The notes under the pieces: model-generated
Seen by the model: only the letters and a program-made list of their open reading frames with translations
The model's database searches: none
What the model was told of the DNA's origin: nothing
Program-made: the position numbers and the translations under genes
Sequence record: OR770614.1
Reading direction: 5' to 3' (one strand)
Length of the DNA stretch: 64,000 nt
Shown here: one piece after another, positions 37,731 to 47,040 of the stretch
Numbering within the stretch: the stretch's first letter is position 1
How the letters are laid out: each line of letters starts with the position of its first letter

Positions 37731-38846
37731 TTATATATCAGGATTGAAATTATCGGACAATTTCACTAATAATTTTATGTCATTTATAGTTTTTTTAATT
37801 TCTTTTTTGGTTTCGTTATCATTATTGTTATTACTTAATTCTTTTTCTAATATTCTTATATCACTTTCAACTATATCAGTTTCCCAATCTTTATAATCTC
37901 TTATAAAAAGCTTAATAGGATATAATATTTTATTTTTAATAGCATTAAACTTATTGTTCTTATAAGTAGGAGGTTTAAAACCATGAATTTTATCTATTTC
38001 TCTTACAATTATGGTTGTTTTAACTAATTCTCTAGAATATCCATAGAGTGTAGGTAAATAATCTGCAGTTCTCTCAACTAAATTATAATCTTTCTTGTCT
38101 TTATTATTTTTTACACTTCTATTTAAAAAGACAGAAGAAACTAATCCGGTTCCAATACCTATTGGAGCATTTACAATACTTAAAGATAAAAAGAAAATTG
38201 TCATCGCAGATACCATAGGAATTGCATACTTTTTATTTCTTCTTTCATCATCCTCAATATCTTTAGAATAAGAAAATATTTGAGGTGGGTTATTTTTATA
38301 TTTTAATTCAAATTTAGGAGTTTCTCCTTTATTTAATACATTCAATTCTAAAGGTAAGATTAAATTATGACCTATTTCATGTAATAAGACAGATGTTAAT
38401 AAACTACCATCAAATAAATTTTCAATTTTATTATTACTTTTTCTCAATAAAATACAGTATCTTATAAAATTCAATTCCATTTCAACTTTTATTTCAGTAG
38501 GTTTAGCATAATATATTCCATTTTTTTCTTCTGAAACTATTTTCAATAGACCTAAAGCTATATCTTTAGCTTGCTTTTCATTCCATTTAGTTTGTCCTAT
38601 AAAATTAGATGAATAAAACATTACATCATCTAAATCTAAGAAACTAAATTTTAATTTAGTGTTAAATAACTTATTACATAAATTCTCAATTTCTTTTTCT
38701 TTTTTGGTAAAATTAAAATTGACAAATTCTTCTTTATCTAAATCATATGAATCTATTAATTCATTAAATATTTTGTCAACATCTTTTAATGTATTTTTGT
38801 TTCTGCTATTTATAAACATGTCTTCTTTTAATAATATTTTAGTCAC
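37731..38846 (-). CDS. HEXXH zinc-metalloprotease-like protein, tandem paralogue
   Basis: VLLHEIGHN, a hydrophobic stretch, VERTADY; clear similarity to the 36546 ORF. Confidence 0.7.
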   Translation of the reverse strand: MTKILLKEDMFINSRNKNTLKDVDKIFNELIDSYDLDKEEFVNFNFTKKEKEIENLCNKLFNTKLKFSFLDLDDVMFYSSNFIGQTKWNEKQAKDIALGLLKIVSEEKNGIYYAKPTEIKVEMELNFIRYCILLRKSNNKIENLFDGSLLTSVLLHEIGHNLILPLELNVLNKGETPKFELKYKNNPPQIFSYSKDIEDDERRNKKYAIPMVSAMTIFFLSLSIVNAPIGIGTGLVSSVFLNRSVKNNKDKKDYNLVERTADYLPTLYGYSRELVKTTIIVREIDKIHGFKPPTYKNNKFNAIKNKILYPIKLFIRDYKDWETDIVESDIRILEKELSNNNNDNETKKEIKKTINDIKLLVKLSDNFNPDI

Positions 38847-38864
38847 CTACTTTTTATAAAATAA

Positions 38865-38893
38865 ACCCATACACCTCAGAGAGATGTATGGGT
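38865..38893 (-). terminator. terminator after the major capsid gene
   Basis: ACCCATACA / TGTATGGGT hairpin with a minus-strand T-run. Confidence 0.7.
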
Positions 38894-38920
38894 ATATAAA
38901 TAACAAAAGTAAAGTTACTC

Positions 38921-40516
38921 TTAACGAGCGTATACTGAACCGTTGTTGTTTTTGATTGTAATACGACCAATGATCGGAACAAATGATTCAACTGTATATC
39001 TACGAGTCATCATCATGTTAGGAACATTAGGGTTACGAGTATTCAAGTATCCTCCACCATTTACAACGTTGAATGTGTAAGGGTAGAACATGAATGTTTT
39101 ATAGTTGTCTTGTTGAGGAATTGCAATAATAGTCAATTCACCTTGACGAACTAAGTCAGAACCGATAATACGGTAGTTAGCAGTACCTGAAGCAGCACCT
39201 AATGAATAGTTAATTTTGATTCCGTTAGAGTAAGAATCTTCAGTACCACCATTAAATGTCCAAGAAACGTTAGGGATTAAACGAACGTCAACTGGGTTAC
39301 CTACGATAACAAATTGTACATCGTAAAGTTTGTAATCATTTTTCATTGATTGTGTAGTATGGTCAATTACTTCACGTAGACCTTCTAACCAATCTTTAGG
39401 GTGAGCACTGTAATCACTATGTGGATAAACATCGAAGCTGAAGTGATATTTAGCATCAGTTTCTTCGTATTCGTGATCTAAGAATTCAATGATATCTAAG
39501 TCAACTTTTTGACTAGATAATTGAGACATTGTTTCAGATAAACGAGCAACTCCATCGATATCATAAGTAGCTTTCATATCTTGAATTACTTCAAGAGGTA
39601 CTGTAGCCTCGATGTGTTGAGCTGTATCGATAGTGATATCTTTACGATCTAATCCAAGCTCAATGTTAGTAGCTGAAGTATGTTGTTCAGAAGCTACATA
39701 ACCTTTAATTTTAATTGCTTCTAATTTACCAGAAGTTGAAGCTAAAGCTAAAGTACCGTTAGAAACATCAACTTTACCTAATACTGTATCAACAGCAACT
39801 TCACCGTCACCATTTGTAGGGTATTTAACTTCTGCCATTAGAGAGTCATTTTCCATTTTAATAACTTGAGAACCTAATTCAACAAATCCTTTTTCGTTTG
39901 TACGTACATCAAAAGAATCGCTCCATTTAGCTTCTACAACTTTGAATTTACGGTCAACACGATCAATGCCTTTACGAACTTCTTTACCTTCTTTTAAGCC
40001 ATCGAATAAATCGTAAGCTTCAACTTTACCACCAGAAATTGTAACTTCTTCTTTAAGAGGAACTAATCCTACTAAAGTTTCAGGTGTGTTATTAATTGAT
40101 TCAGGTAATGCATGTTTGTTTCCATCAGCATCTACAACGTAAGGTGTTAAGATTGGCACTGTGAATTGTGGTTTATTAGCAACTTGAGTTGGTAAAGCTT
40201 CAGTTAAAGCTAAACGAGCCCAAAGTTTAACTAAGATAGGCATAGATAATGAAGCATAAGGTTGGATAGGTCCCATTGAAGACTCTAATAAGATTTCTTC
40301 ACGAGTATTATCTAACATACTTTCTAAAGAAAGCTGCTCCTCTTCATCAAAACCTTCTAATAATTGATCTTTATAACTTTCAAATACTACGTCATCAGTA
40401 GCAATTGAAGCGAAGTCATTACCAACTGTACTTAATTTGTACTGTTCGTTGATATTTTGTTCGATATCCTCTAAGAGTTTAGAGAATTCATCTTTAATTC
40501 TATTTGCACTCAACAT
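38921..40516 (-). CDS. major capsid protein precursor
   Basis: 531 aa with strong codon bias; acidic N-terminal propeptide ending in LLE-SS; between protease/scaffold genes and terL; late motif at 40577-40588. Confidence 0.75.
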   Translation of the reverse strand: MLSANRIKDEFSKLLEDIEQNINEQYKLSTVGNDFASIATDDVVFESYKDQLLEGFDEEEQLSLESMLDNTREEILLESSMGPIQPYASLSMPILVKLWARLALTEALPTQVANKPQFTVPILTPYVVDADGNKHALPESINNTPETLVGLVPLKEEVTISGGKVEAYDLFDGLKEGKEVRKGIDRVDRKFKVVEAKWSDSFDVRTNEKGFVELGSQVIKMENDSLMAEVKYPTNGDGEVAVDTVLGKVDVSNGTLALASTSGKLEAIKIKGYVASEQHTSATNIELGLDRKDITIDTAQHIEATVPLEVIQDMKATYDIDGVARLSETMSQLSSQKVDLDIIEFLDHEYEETDAKYHFSFDVYPHSDYSAHPKDWLEGLREVIDHTTQSMKNDYKLYDVQFVIVGNPVDVRLIPNVSWTFNGGTEDSYSNGIKINYSLGAASGTANYRIIGSDLVRQGELTIIAIPQQDNYKTFMFYPYTFNVVNGGGYLNTRNPNVPNMMMTRRYTVESFVPIIGRITIKNNNGSVYAR

Positions 40517-40700
40517 AATTTTTTCTGCTCCTTTTCAAATATATTAGCGTGTAGTTTTATATTATTAATTTTATTATATAAATTTGTTAAGAAATAAAAT
40601 AACCATTATATTCAAGGGTATTTTTACTTTCATATGTTATTGTTATTAAATTTAAAAAGAATAATAAAACTATTATTAAAAGTAATTAAATTCATTTATT

Positions 40701-41390
40701 TTACTTTTTACTACGCTTTTTTGTACTTTCTAACTTATTGTATTCTTTTAAATAATTGTCAAATATTTCTTTGTAAGTATTTTCAAATTTTTTATATAAC
40801 TTCTCAGATTTATCTACATCGACAATATTTATAAATTTATTGTTAAATAAATTTATATTATCTTTAAGTTGATCAAGAGATTTTGTAGTTAATTCAGTTA
40901 TATCAAACATATCTTTTCTCTCTGAATCTGAAAAATTATCCATATTTCTATCATTGATAATGTAATTAAATTTGTCCATTACATCTTTTAATTCAATTAA
41001 TTTATTAAATATTTGTAATTTTAAAAACTTATCTGAATTACTTTCTTTGGGTTCTTCAGGTGTTTCTTCTGGAGTTTCTTCAGGTGTTTCTTCTGGATTA
41101 TCTGTGTCAGTTTCTTCAGCTTCAGGTTGTTCAGGATCACTATCTAATTCATCTTCATTTTCTTCTTGATCTTCTGTAGAATCATCACTAGAATCATCAT
41201 TAGAATTATCTTCTTCAGTTTCTTCGTTATTCTCTTCTTCTGATGAAGTTGATTCAGTATCATCTAATGAATTCTGATCTTGATTATCTTCATCACCTTC
41301 AGCTTCATTAAGAATATTTTGTTTCATTAGTTTATTTATTGATTCAGTTAGTAAATCTCTATTAATATCCATAGTCATTACCACTGTCAT
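40701..41390 (-). CDS. acidic head / scaffold-like protein
   Basis: Highly acidic N-half with (PEET)3 repeats; LxE sites (LLTE, LNE); lies next to the capsid gene. Confidence 0.6.
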   Translation of the reverse strand: MTVVMTMDINRDLLTESINKLMKQNILNEAEGDEDNQDQNSLDDTESTSSEEENNEETEEDNSNDDSSDDSTEDQEENEDELDSDPEQPEAEETDTDNPEETPEETPEETPEEPKESNSDKFLKLQIFNKLIELKDVMDKFNYIINDRNMDNFSDSERKDMFDITELTTKSLDQLKDNINLFNNKFINIVDVDKSEKLYKKFENTYKEIFDNYLKEYNKLESTKKRSKK

Positions 41391-42399
41391 TTACATCTCC
41401 ACGAGAGATAGCATTTTTAGTTTTATCTATAGCTTTCTTTTGGAAATTTGCTTTTTTCAATTGACCTTCTAAGTCTGATTTTAATATTCTTAATTCTTTT
41501 CTCTTTTGTTCATTATCAGTTGAATCGATTTTATTTTCTAATGATTGAATTCTTTCTTCTAGTACAATAATTAATCTATTAAGTTCACTATTTTTAGTAC
41601 TATTATACACAATAGCAACCAATAATCCTAATAAAGCAGTTTTAGCTTTACCAATAACACCAGCACTTACTTCTAATCCAATACAGAAGATTATTGCTGT
41701 TAAAATAGCTCTTACAAAACGAATTCTATTTGCTTTAGCTAATTGTTTGTCATCCATATTTTTAGATGAAGCAGTAGCTTTCTTAACAGAACCAATTAAT
41801 TTATTTAAATTCTTTTCAGCAACTTTAGGTTCTTTAGAGGTTTCAAAGCTACTATCAAGACCATCAAGATAATCTTCATCATCGTCATCATCATAAGCTT
41901 CATTAAGATAATTCATACTACCTTCCATTAAGAAGTTAATAACAGCTTTTCTTTCTAATTTAGAACCAGCAGGACTTTCAGCTAAAGCTACAGTTAATTG
42001 TTTAAAATTAAATTCTACACTTTTATTTGAACTAAAATCTTCTTTATATAAACTATCAATATAACCATTATTAGGAATACGATTATTAATATAAAGTGTA
42101 TTATATCTATCTTTAAGAGTTTCTATTTTATGAAGAACCATATTTATTGCCATTTCAGATTGTTCATTTTCAATTTCGTATCTTTCTAATGAATCTTTAA
42201 TACCTACTAGATATTTTACAATTTTTCTAATTTGATCATTCGTAAAACTATCAATATTAGCATACTTCTCAATATCAACTAAATAATCATAAGCTTCATT
42301 AGGAAAAGAATTTTCATCCGTTTGTTCTTTAATATTAAGTAATATATCTTTTACTTCTTCAAAACTTTTCAAAGATTTTCCTCCTATCATATATTTCAT
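41362..42399 (-). CDS. probable internal head protein with hydrophobic helices and a coiled coil
   Basis: YLNEAY processing-like site; hydrophobic FVRAILTAIIFCIGL...LLGLLVAIVY. Confidence 0.6.
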   Translation of the reverse strand: MKYMIGGKSLKSFEEVKDILLNIKEQTDENSFPNEAYDYLVDIEKYANIDSFTNDQIRKIVKYLVGIKDSLERYEIENEQSEMAINMVLHKIETLKDRYNTLYINNRIPNNGYIDSLYKEDFSSNKSVEFNFKQLTVALAESPAGSKLERKAVINFLMEGSMNYLNEAYDDDDDEDYLDGLDSSFETSKEPKVAEKNLNKLIGSVKKATASSKNMDDKQLAKANRIRFVRAILTAIIFCIGLEVSAGVIGKAKTALLGLLVAIVYNSTKNSELNRLIIVLEERIQSLENKIDSTDNEQKRKELRILKSDLEGQLKKANFQKKAIDKTKNAISRGDVNDSGNDYGY

Positions 42400-42486
42400 T
42401 AATCTAATAAAAGATTGTTAAATTCAGAAGAATAACATAGAAATATTCTTAATTTACAATCAAAATTTGAAAGGAAGTATAAATAG

Positions 42487-43673
42487 ATGTCTAAAGATAT
42501 TAAAGCTTACATTATTAATGAATCTAATACAACTTCTCAACCAGAAGTAGTTCAAGATAATAACAAATCAGTTAGATTCATTGCTGAATTACAAGAAGCT
42601 GATAGACAAAACCGTAATGGTCGTGTTTATCGTAAAGATGTTATACAAAGTGGATTAGATAGTCCAGTAGTACAAGAAAAATTAGCAAGAAGAACTTTTT
42701 ATGGTGAGTTTTAGGTTAAAATGGCTCACGTTAAATTATATTAATTGCTGAAATCTTATTTAAAGTAATCAGCATCAACTTAATACAAGTTGTTCAACGA
42801 CTAAATATATAACTTAATTTAATTAAGAAGATATAGTCTAATCTATATAAAATATAAATATAGATAATATAAGCAGGTCATCCTTTAAGTGATGAACCTA
42901 AACGTCAAATGTATATTGATCAACGTAATATTTCTCATATTATCACTAGAACTTGGTGGAATGGTAATAAATTAATGGGAGAAGTAGAAACAGCTCAAAC
43001 AGCAGCTGGTAAAGATATGAAAGGTTTAATTGGACAAAAGTCTGATGTATCCTTCTCAATGCGTGGTTTTAGTAAAATAGAAAGAAAACCTAATGGTGAA
43101 GTAGAAGTTACTAAACCTTTAAGATTAATCTGTTACGATAAATAACTCTGTCGCTTCTTAAAGCAATTTAAGTCGAATAATATTATTAATTGCTGAAAAG
43201 AATTCATTAAATTAATCAGCATCCTCAAAAAGAGGTTCAACGACTAAATATAATATACTTAATTTATTAAGTAATGATATAGTCTAGTCTATATGAAATT
43301 CATATAGTTAATATAAACGTGGGTAGTAATTCCATCACATCAAGATTCTTATATCCAAAATATAATTTCAGAGAATCATAATAATTACAATACTAGTGAT
43401 TTACAAATGGTTAATGAATCAATTGATATGTTTTCTAACGGTAAAGTTACAGAATTTTCTCCTAGAGAAGTTTTAACTTATATTAAAGAAAATTCAGACA
43501 ATATCAAATATATCGCTGAAGATATGGGATTTGATAAAGCTGATGAATCTAATATCATTTACGATAAAGGATCTCAATTAGCTTCAATTAAAGAAAGTAA
43601 TAAAACTATTAAAGTTTTCTTAGAAGAATCTGTTCTTAATGGACTTGATGATTTCTATAGAAACTTTAAATAA
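42487..43673 (+). CDS. prohead core protease (T4 gp21-like) in three exons (42487-42709; 42874-43139; 43320-43673; 280 aa)
   Basis: LQEAD..NRNGRVY, spliced GE-SGHP, FSMRG and YD-WVVIPSH; the exon lengths sum to a multiple of 3. Confidence 0.9.
42710..42873 (+). mobile_element. ORF-less group I mini-intron 1 of the prohead protease (164 nt)
   Basis: P1 GUGAGU/GCUCAC; AAUUGCUGAAA, AAUCAGCAUC, GUUCAACGACUA, AAGAUAUAGUCU; terminal G. Confidence 0.92.
43140..43319 (+). mobile_element. ORF-less group I mini-intron 2 of the prohead protease (180 nt)
   Basis: P1 CGAU/GUCG; the same P/Q/R/S elements; terminal G before the conserved Trp codon. Confidence 0.92.
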
Positions 43674-43696
43674 TATGTATGGAAGTGATATAGTTT

Positions 43697-44410
43697 ATGA
43701 TAACTAATACAGAAGTACTTAATTATATAGAACGTGATACAGGATTTCTGTTTAATGAGTTAGAACTAAATCCTGATGAGATTATTAAAACAGTAGAAAG
43801 ATTTACAATTCCTACTTTTAGTAAATTTCATCCTAAACAAGAAAGAATAATAGTAAAGCCTGAAGATAAAGTAGAAGGAACTCAGAATGTTTATTATATT
43901 GATTCACCAAATCCAATAGTTAATATTAATAGAGTGATTGGTGCTAATAACAATATTTCTAATTTAACTGGGTATGCTGGTAGTATGAGTCCTTATGCAG
44001 GTTTTATGATGGGCTCACCTATTGACTCTCAAATGATGGCAGATTTAATGGCTATTAATTTAAATCCATCTACATTTAGATATCTTCATCCTAATAAAAT
44101 AGAGATAATGAATGGATCTGTTATGAGTACAACTAATCTATTAATAATTGCAAATACTTATCATGATAAACATTTTGGTTCAATACCAAATAATATGCAT
44201 GATTACTTTTTAGAATTAGCTTCATATGATGTTCAAATGTCATTATACTCTATGAGAGGTAGATTTCAAAATTTACAAACTACTTTTGGTGAATTAAATC
44301 TAAATATGGATGATTTAAGAGATGCTAGAGAAAAAAGAAGAGAATTAGTTGAAAAAATGGAAAATAACTCTATTTATAATTCTAATAGAAAAAAATTATT
44401 TTTCGGATAA
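43697..44410 (+). CDS. head completion / neck protein (T4 gp13-like)
   Basis: C-terminal FGELNLNMDDLRDAREKRRELVEKM pattern and position in the head module. Confidence 0.5.
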   Translation: MITNTEVLNYIERDTGFLFNELELNPDEIIKTVERFTIPTFSKFHPKQERIIVKPEDKVEGTQNVYYIDSPNPIVNINRVIGANNNISNLTGYAGSMSPYAGFMMGSPIDSQMMADLMAINLNPSTFRYLHPNKIEIMNGSVMSTTNLLIIANTYHDKHFGSIPNNMHDYFLELASYDVQMSLYSMRGRFQNLQTTFGELNLNMDDLRDAREKRRELVEKMENNSIYNSNRKKLFFG

Positions 44411-44414
44411 TAAA

Positions 44415-44446
44415 ATCCCAATACCTATTAATTTAGGTATTGGGAT
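44415..44446 (+). terminator. terminator hairpin
   Basis: ATCCCAATACCTA / TAGGTATTGGGAT inverted repeat. Confidence 0.75.
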
Positions 44447-44608
44447 ATATTTTTAGGATAAGGGAGTAATGGATATGGATAAAATTAAAGAACTTTGTAT
44501 AAGTAATTTCATTATAACTATACGCTAATTTATTACTTAAAAAGGAATAAATTATAGAAAAATAAATTTCTATAAAAATTTGTTACAATACTAATTTATA
44601 TCATAAAT

Positions 44609-45193
44609 TTATTTCATTACATTATACATATTAAATTGATTTTTTAATCTTTGCTTATCAAATTTAATCATTGATTTAGTTTCAAAACGGTTTGTATTAA
44701 GTTTATCAATATAATCATCTGAATATATTTCATCTATTAATTTTATTTCATGAAAACTAAGTCTATGTCTTTTAGCTAAAGGAATTAATAATTTATCAGA
44801 TAAATGTTTAAACATTCTAGTTTCAGGATTATATAAACTAAAATCATCAGATATAGCTATTAGAATACTATTTCTATATTTTTGAGGTATGATACCTTTA
44901 TCTGCTAATTCTTGTAAATAATAACTAGGTTTATAATCTGATAGTGCTTCTATAACTACATAATCCTTGTCTATCAATTCAACGAAATAATGCATAGGTA
45001 AAGCTCTTATATTAGCATGTCTGATTAAATAATTCTGAACTTTACCCCAAGAATATTTGTAAGATCCCTTTAATATATTTCTGTCATCAAATTTATTTTC
45101 TTTAAGTATTAAATTATTCATATGTGTAATAACTACATGGGTTTGAAATGTATTACTTCTTCTACGTCTATCTTGTTTTATATCATAATACAA
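44609..45193 (-). CDS. Amidase_2 (T7 lysozyme/PGRP)-fold protein with degenerate zinc ligands
   Basis: VVITHM, MHYFV, NSILIAI..DF....P, I.LIDE parallel the amidase IVIHHT, YHY.I, SIGI and GHxD motifs. Confidence 0.5.
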   Translation of the reverse strand: MYYDIKQDRRRRSNTFQTHVVITHMNNLILKENKFDDRNILKGSYKYSWGKVQNYLIRHANIRALPMHYFVELIDKDYVVIEALSDYKPSYYLQELADKGIIPQKYRNSILIAISDDFSLYNPETRMFKHLSDKLLIPLAKRHRLSFHEIKLIDEIYSDDYIDKLNTNRFETKSMIKFDKQRLKNQFNMYNVMK

Positions 45194-45217
45194 TCTTTAT
45201 TTCACTTCTTTCTAAAA

Positions 45218-45886
45218 TTAGCAATAACTAATTGAATTATATTTCTCTATCAATTTATTAAATGTAATAGGACCAACGTCTCCATCTTGTTTAAGATTAT
45301 TATCACTCTGAAACTGTAATAAAGAACTTAACATAGTTCTATCAAATACATAGTTTTCACTATCGTATTTATTAGCAGAATACCCCAAACCTGTCAGTGC
45401 GATACCTACTGTATTAACATCATTACCTTTCATGTTATCTTCTCTATACATTAATAATCTGTAATAACTTCCTTTAAGATTTCTATTATTTGAAATAATT
45501 GGTTCTTCAGGTTTATATTTTCTAGGTAAATGCATATCATAGTAATAAGGAAATTTAGGATTACCATTATGGAATTTAAGTATAACTTTATCATAAAGGT
45601 TAGGTTTTCTTAAAGGTTTATCTAAATCATTATCCATTAATGGTTGACAAATTAAATAATTACCTATGTCTACTTGACTTCTTATATCTAAATCTTCTAC
45701 GTTTATTATATTATTAATATTTAGGTTTCTTTTGATATTTCTTGGGGAATCCTGCAATTCAGTCATAATAAGTTCATACACAAATAGCTTTACTTCATAC
45801 TTTTTATCAAAATCTGCATTATCTATAACTACAGCTTCGAAGTCTCGACCAAAATCGAATTCTTTAAACGATTCTTTATATTGCAT
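45218..45886 (-). CDS. baseplate spike-type OB-fold protein fused to a peptidoglycan-binding domain
   Basis: N-terminal AVVIDNAD...P..YDKVILKFHNGNPKFPYY; C-terminal GNDV...LTGLGY...FQSDNNLKQDGDVGPIT (PG_binding_1 pattern). Confidence 0.65.
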   Translation of the reverse strand: MQYKESFKEFDFGRDFEAVVIDNADFDKKYEVKLFVYELIMTELQDSPRNIKRNLNINNIINVEDLDIRSQVDIGNYLICQPLMDNDLDKPLRKPNLYDKVILKFHNGNPKFPYYYDMHLPRKYKPEEPIISNNRNLKGSYYRLLMYREDNMKGNDVNTVGIALTGLGYSANKYDSENYVFDRTMLSSLLQFQSDNNLKQDGDVGPITFNKLIEKYNSISYC

Positions 45887-45935
45887 GTGCTTTATGAGCT
45901 CCTTTCTATTTATAATGCATCGAGGGGGAAATGTC

Positions 45936-46160
45936 TTGTTACAGTTAGTCTTACTATGCCTCTTTATTTATTTTTTGATTTTTAGTTTTCCACTGATTTT
46001 AGGTTATTTTAGAATTACTAAACAGTTGAATTCTTTAAGAGAAAAATTAACAAAAATAGAAAAGGAAACAAATAATCAAAGAAATTTAATTTTCAGATTA
46101 TCTAAGTTTAATGAAGCTCTTTTAGAAGAAATAAAAGAACAAGAAAAAGATAGGCAATAA
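45936..46160 (+). CDS. small membrane protein (N-terminal TM plus coiled coil)
   Basis: Start corrected to the TTG at 45936 behind GAGGGGG; 74 aa. Confidence 0.65.
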   Translation: MLQLVLLCLFIYFLIFSFPLILGYFRITKQLNSLREKLTKIEKETNNQRNLIFRLSKFNEALLEEIKEQEKDRQ

Positions 46161-46162
46161 AA

Positions 46163-46194
46163 ATCCACAACGATAATAAAATATCGTTGTGGGA
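46163..46194. terminator. bidirectional terminator
   Basis: CCACAACGATA / TATCGTTGTGG between convergent genes. Confidence 0.75.
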
Positions 46195-46203
46195 ATTATT
46201 GCA

Positions 46204-47040
46204 CTAAATATAAATAATATATTCTATATCTAAACCATCAGATAGATTCTTTAATGAACGACTATCAAATGTTAAACGTGTAGCTAATTCAGTTCCATCA
46301 AATTTATTAGTATCTTCATTATATTTAGCTAACCAAAGACCTAACTCATTAATAATACTTCCTCTACATTCATCTGGTTCTACAGACATTTTTAATGAAA
46401 ATGCAACTGAACCATCTTCATTATCAATAATAAATCCTTTTGATTCACCTAAAGGTTTATCTTTTGTAGCATTAGTAAATCTTTTACCGTAAAAACTAGT
46501 AGTGCCATCTTGTTTATCTTCTGATAAATAATATTTTTTCTTTTGTTGTTCTGATAATTCTTCTACCATACTAGGATTATTTGCAGTTAAATCCGAATTC
46601 TCTTTATCGGGATTTTCTACTACAAAAGGAACAGGACGGTTTAATTTTTGATCTGAGAATTTTACAGTGTATGGAGTAAATGCAGAGTTATTTACATCAG
46701 CTCCACCTGAACCTACTGAAAATAAGCATATTGTTCTTCCTTCAGTTTCATCACCATTATAATTAGACGGTATACCTTGACCGAATAGTTTTTCTAAAAT
46801 CCAAACTCTAGTTCTCATTAAAACTAAATTTTCTTCTTGATGAATTAACTCACCTGTTTTAGGATTTGTAAATTTAACAATACCCTTAATATAATTATTT
46901 AAATTTTCTTTAAAACCAGATTTTACATTTATAGAATTTGAATCTCTTGTTTCAACTCTAGAACTTATATCATCTATTTGATCTTGTTCCATAGCTCCAT
47001 TTTCAACTAATTTACGTGAAAAACGTTCAAAATTGAACAT
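46204..47040 (-). CDS. baseplate / tail-fibre attachment structural protein
   Basis: ENLVL...SVGSGG...INELGLW...RLTF...IEYII collar-like pattern; coupled to the upstream gene by overlapping stop/start. Confidence 0.5.
   Translation of the reverse strand: MFNFERFSRKLVENGAMEQDQIDDISSRVETRDSNSINVKSGFKENLNNYIKGIVKFTNPKTGELIHQEENLVLMRTRVWILEKLFGQGIPSNYNGDETEGRTICLFSVGSGGADVNNSAFTPYTVKFSDQKLNRPVPFVVENPDKENSDLTANNPSMVEELSEQQKKKYYLSEDKQDGTTSFYGKRFTNATKDKPLGESKGFIIDNEDGSVAFSLKMSVEPDECRGSIINELGLWLAKYNEDTNKFDGTELATRLTFDSRSLKNLSDGLDIEYIIYI

Noticed and set aside
45732-45935. N-terminal part of the 142-aa ORF 45732-46160
   Set aside because: It overlaps the minus-strand 45218-45886 gene; the RBS supports a TTG start at 45936.
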